A program made the translations under genes and the position numbers. The notes beneath the pieces are model-generated. The model did no database searches and had not been told where the DNA came from. It saw only the letters and a program-made list of their open reading frames with translations. From sequence record OM386654.1: a stretch of 64,000 nt of DNA; one strand, given 5' to 3'. The DNA comes from Escherichia phage vB_EcoM_ESCO9. Shown piece by piece: positions 63,568 to 64,000 of the stretch (position 1 is the first letter of the stretch; the number at the start of each line of letters is the position of its first letter).

Positions 63568-64000
63568 ATAAATTACTTCAGTGTTACCACAAAGTGACGA
63601 ACTGCTTTTCGTGCAGCAGAAGCCAGAGGCTTAGCATACTTAAGTTCATCTTTTTCCATTATAAATTCTCTTTTAAATGAAAATGCAGGACTTATTGGCA
63701 TTGCCTGCGCAAGCCCTCAAGGGGAACATAGGTTTTTGTATATTTAACGACCAGGATAACCATAAACCCGTCATCATTCACATTCAAGAGGTACACCATA
63801 AAACTGCCGGGGTCTTAAAACTATAATGATTCGCAAATCATTAATCAGACAGTTCGATGGCTCCTCGATTTTAGCTCACACTAAGGCAGTGAATCTCCAA
63901 TAAACTAAAAAATCACTTAAAAAGAACCGCTAGAGTTTGAAGGAGAAAACCATGAGCGAAAAGAGAAATTTTCTCTAGCGATTCCATTTAAATAATCTTG

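Noticed and set aside
1-64000. CRISPR arrays, integrase/recombinase, transposase or toxin-antitoxin pairs
   Set aside because: No direct-repeat/spacer periodicity, no tyrosine/serine recombinase motifs, and no recognisable transposase were seen; the only selfish elements supported are the intein and a possible homing-endonuclease-like gene.

Overview
The window reads as a contiguous piece of a virulent-type tailed dsDNA phage genome with a contractile tail (sheath, tube, tape measure and baseplate genes are all present). No integrase, repressor or CRISPR array was seen. All calls are from manual reading of the sequence and the supplied ORF track; no database search or folding program was run. 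Layout: (i) 1-26.5 kb, plus strand, early/replication and accessory genes: anaerobic ribonucleotide reductase NrdD (3' part) and NrdG, an ATPase, a HAD-hydrolase/PRTase/macro-domain trio, a TerC membrane protein, a TelA-like coiled-coil protein, a vWA (TerY-like) protein, TerD, a secreted SleB-type cell-wall hydrolase, three to four glycosyltransferase-like genes, a T7-type primase-helicase, a family A DNA polymerase, an AP2/HNH-like gene, a small nucleotidyltransferase and a beta-class DNA methyltransferase. (ii) 26.5-62.8 kb, minus strand, late genes: tail fibers/tailspikes, baseplate, tape measure, chaperones, tube, sheath, head completion, major capsid, scaffold, portal, a large terminase interrupted by a mini-intein, and an overlapped spanin pair. 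(iii) 62.85-63.57 kb: an array of about seven minus-strand tRNA genes, all with encoded 3'-CCA. The most notable content is a phage-borne Ter-family module (TerC, TelA-like, TerY-like vWA, TerD) lying next to a translationally coupled HAD/PRTase/macro set, a combination that looks like the chromosomal ter-associated metabolite module but here sits in a phage early region. Other points of interest are the intein in the terminase P-loop, tandem GT-B glycosyltransferase paralogs in the replication module, a small CCA-family nucleotidyltransferase head domain alongside the tRNA array, a frameshift-disrupted tail gene and an aberrant tRNA-like element.
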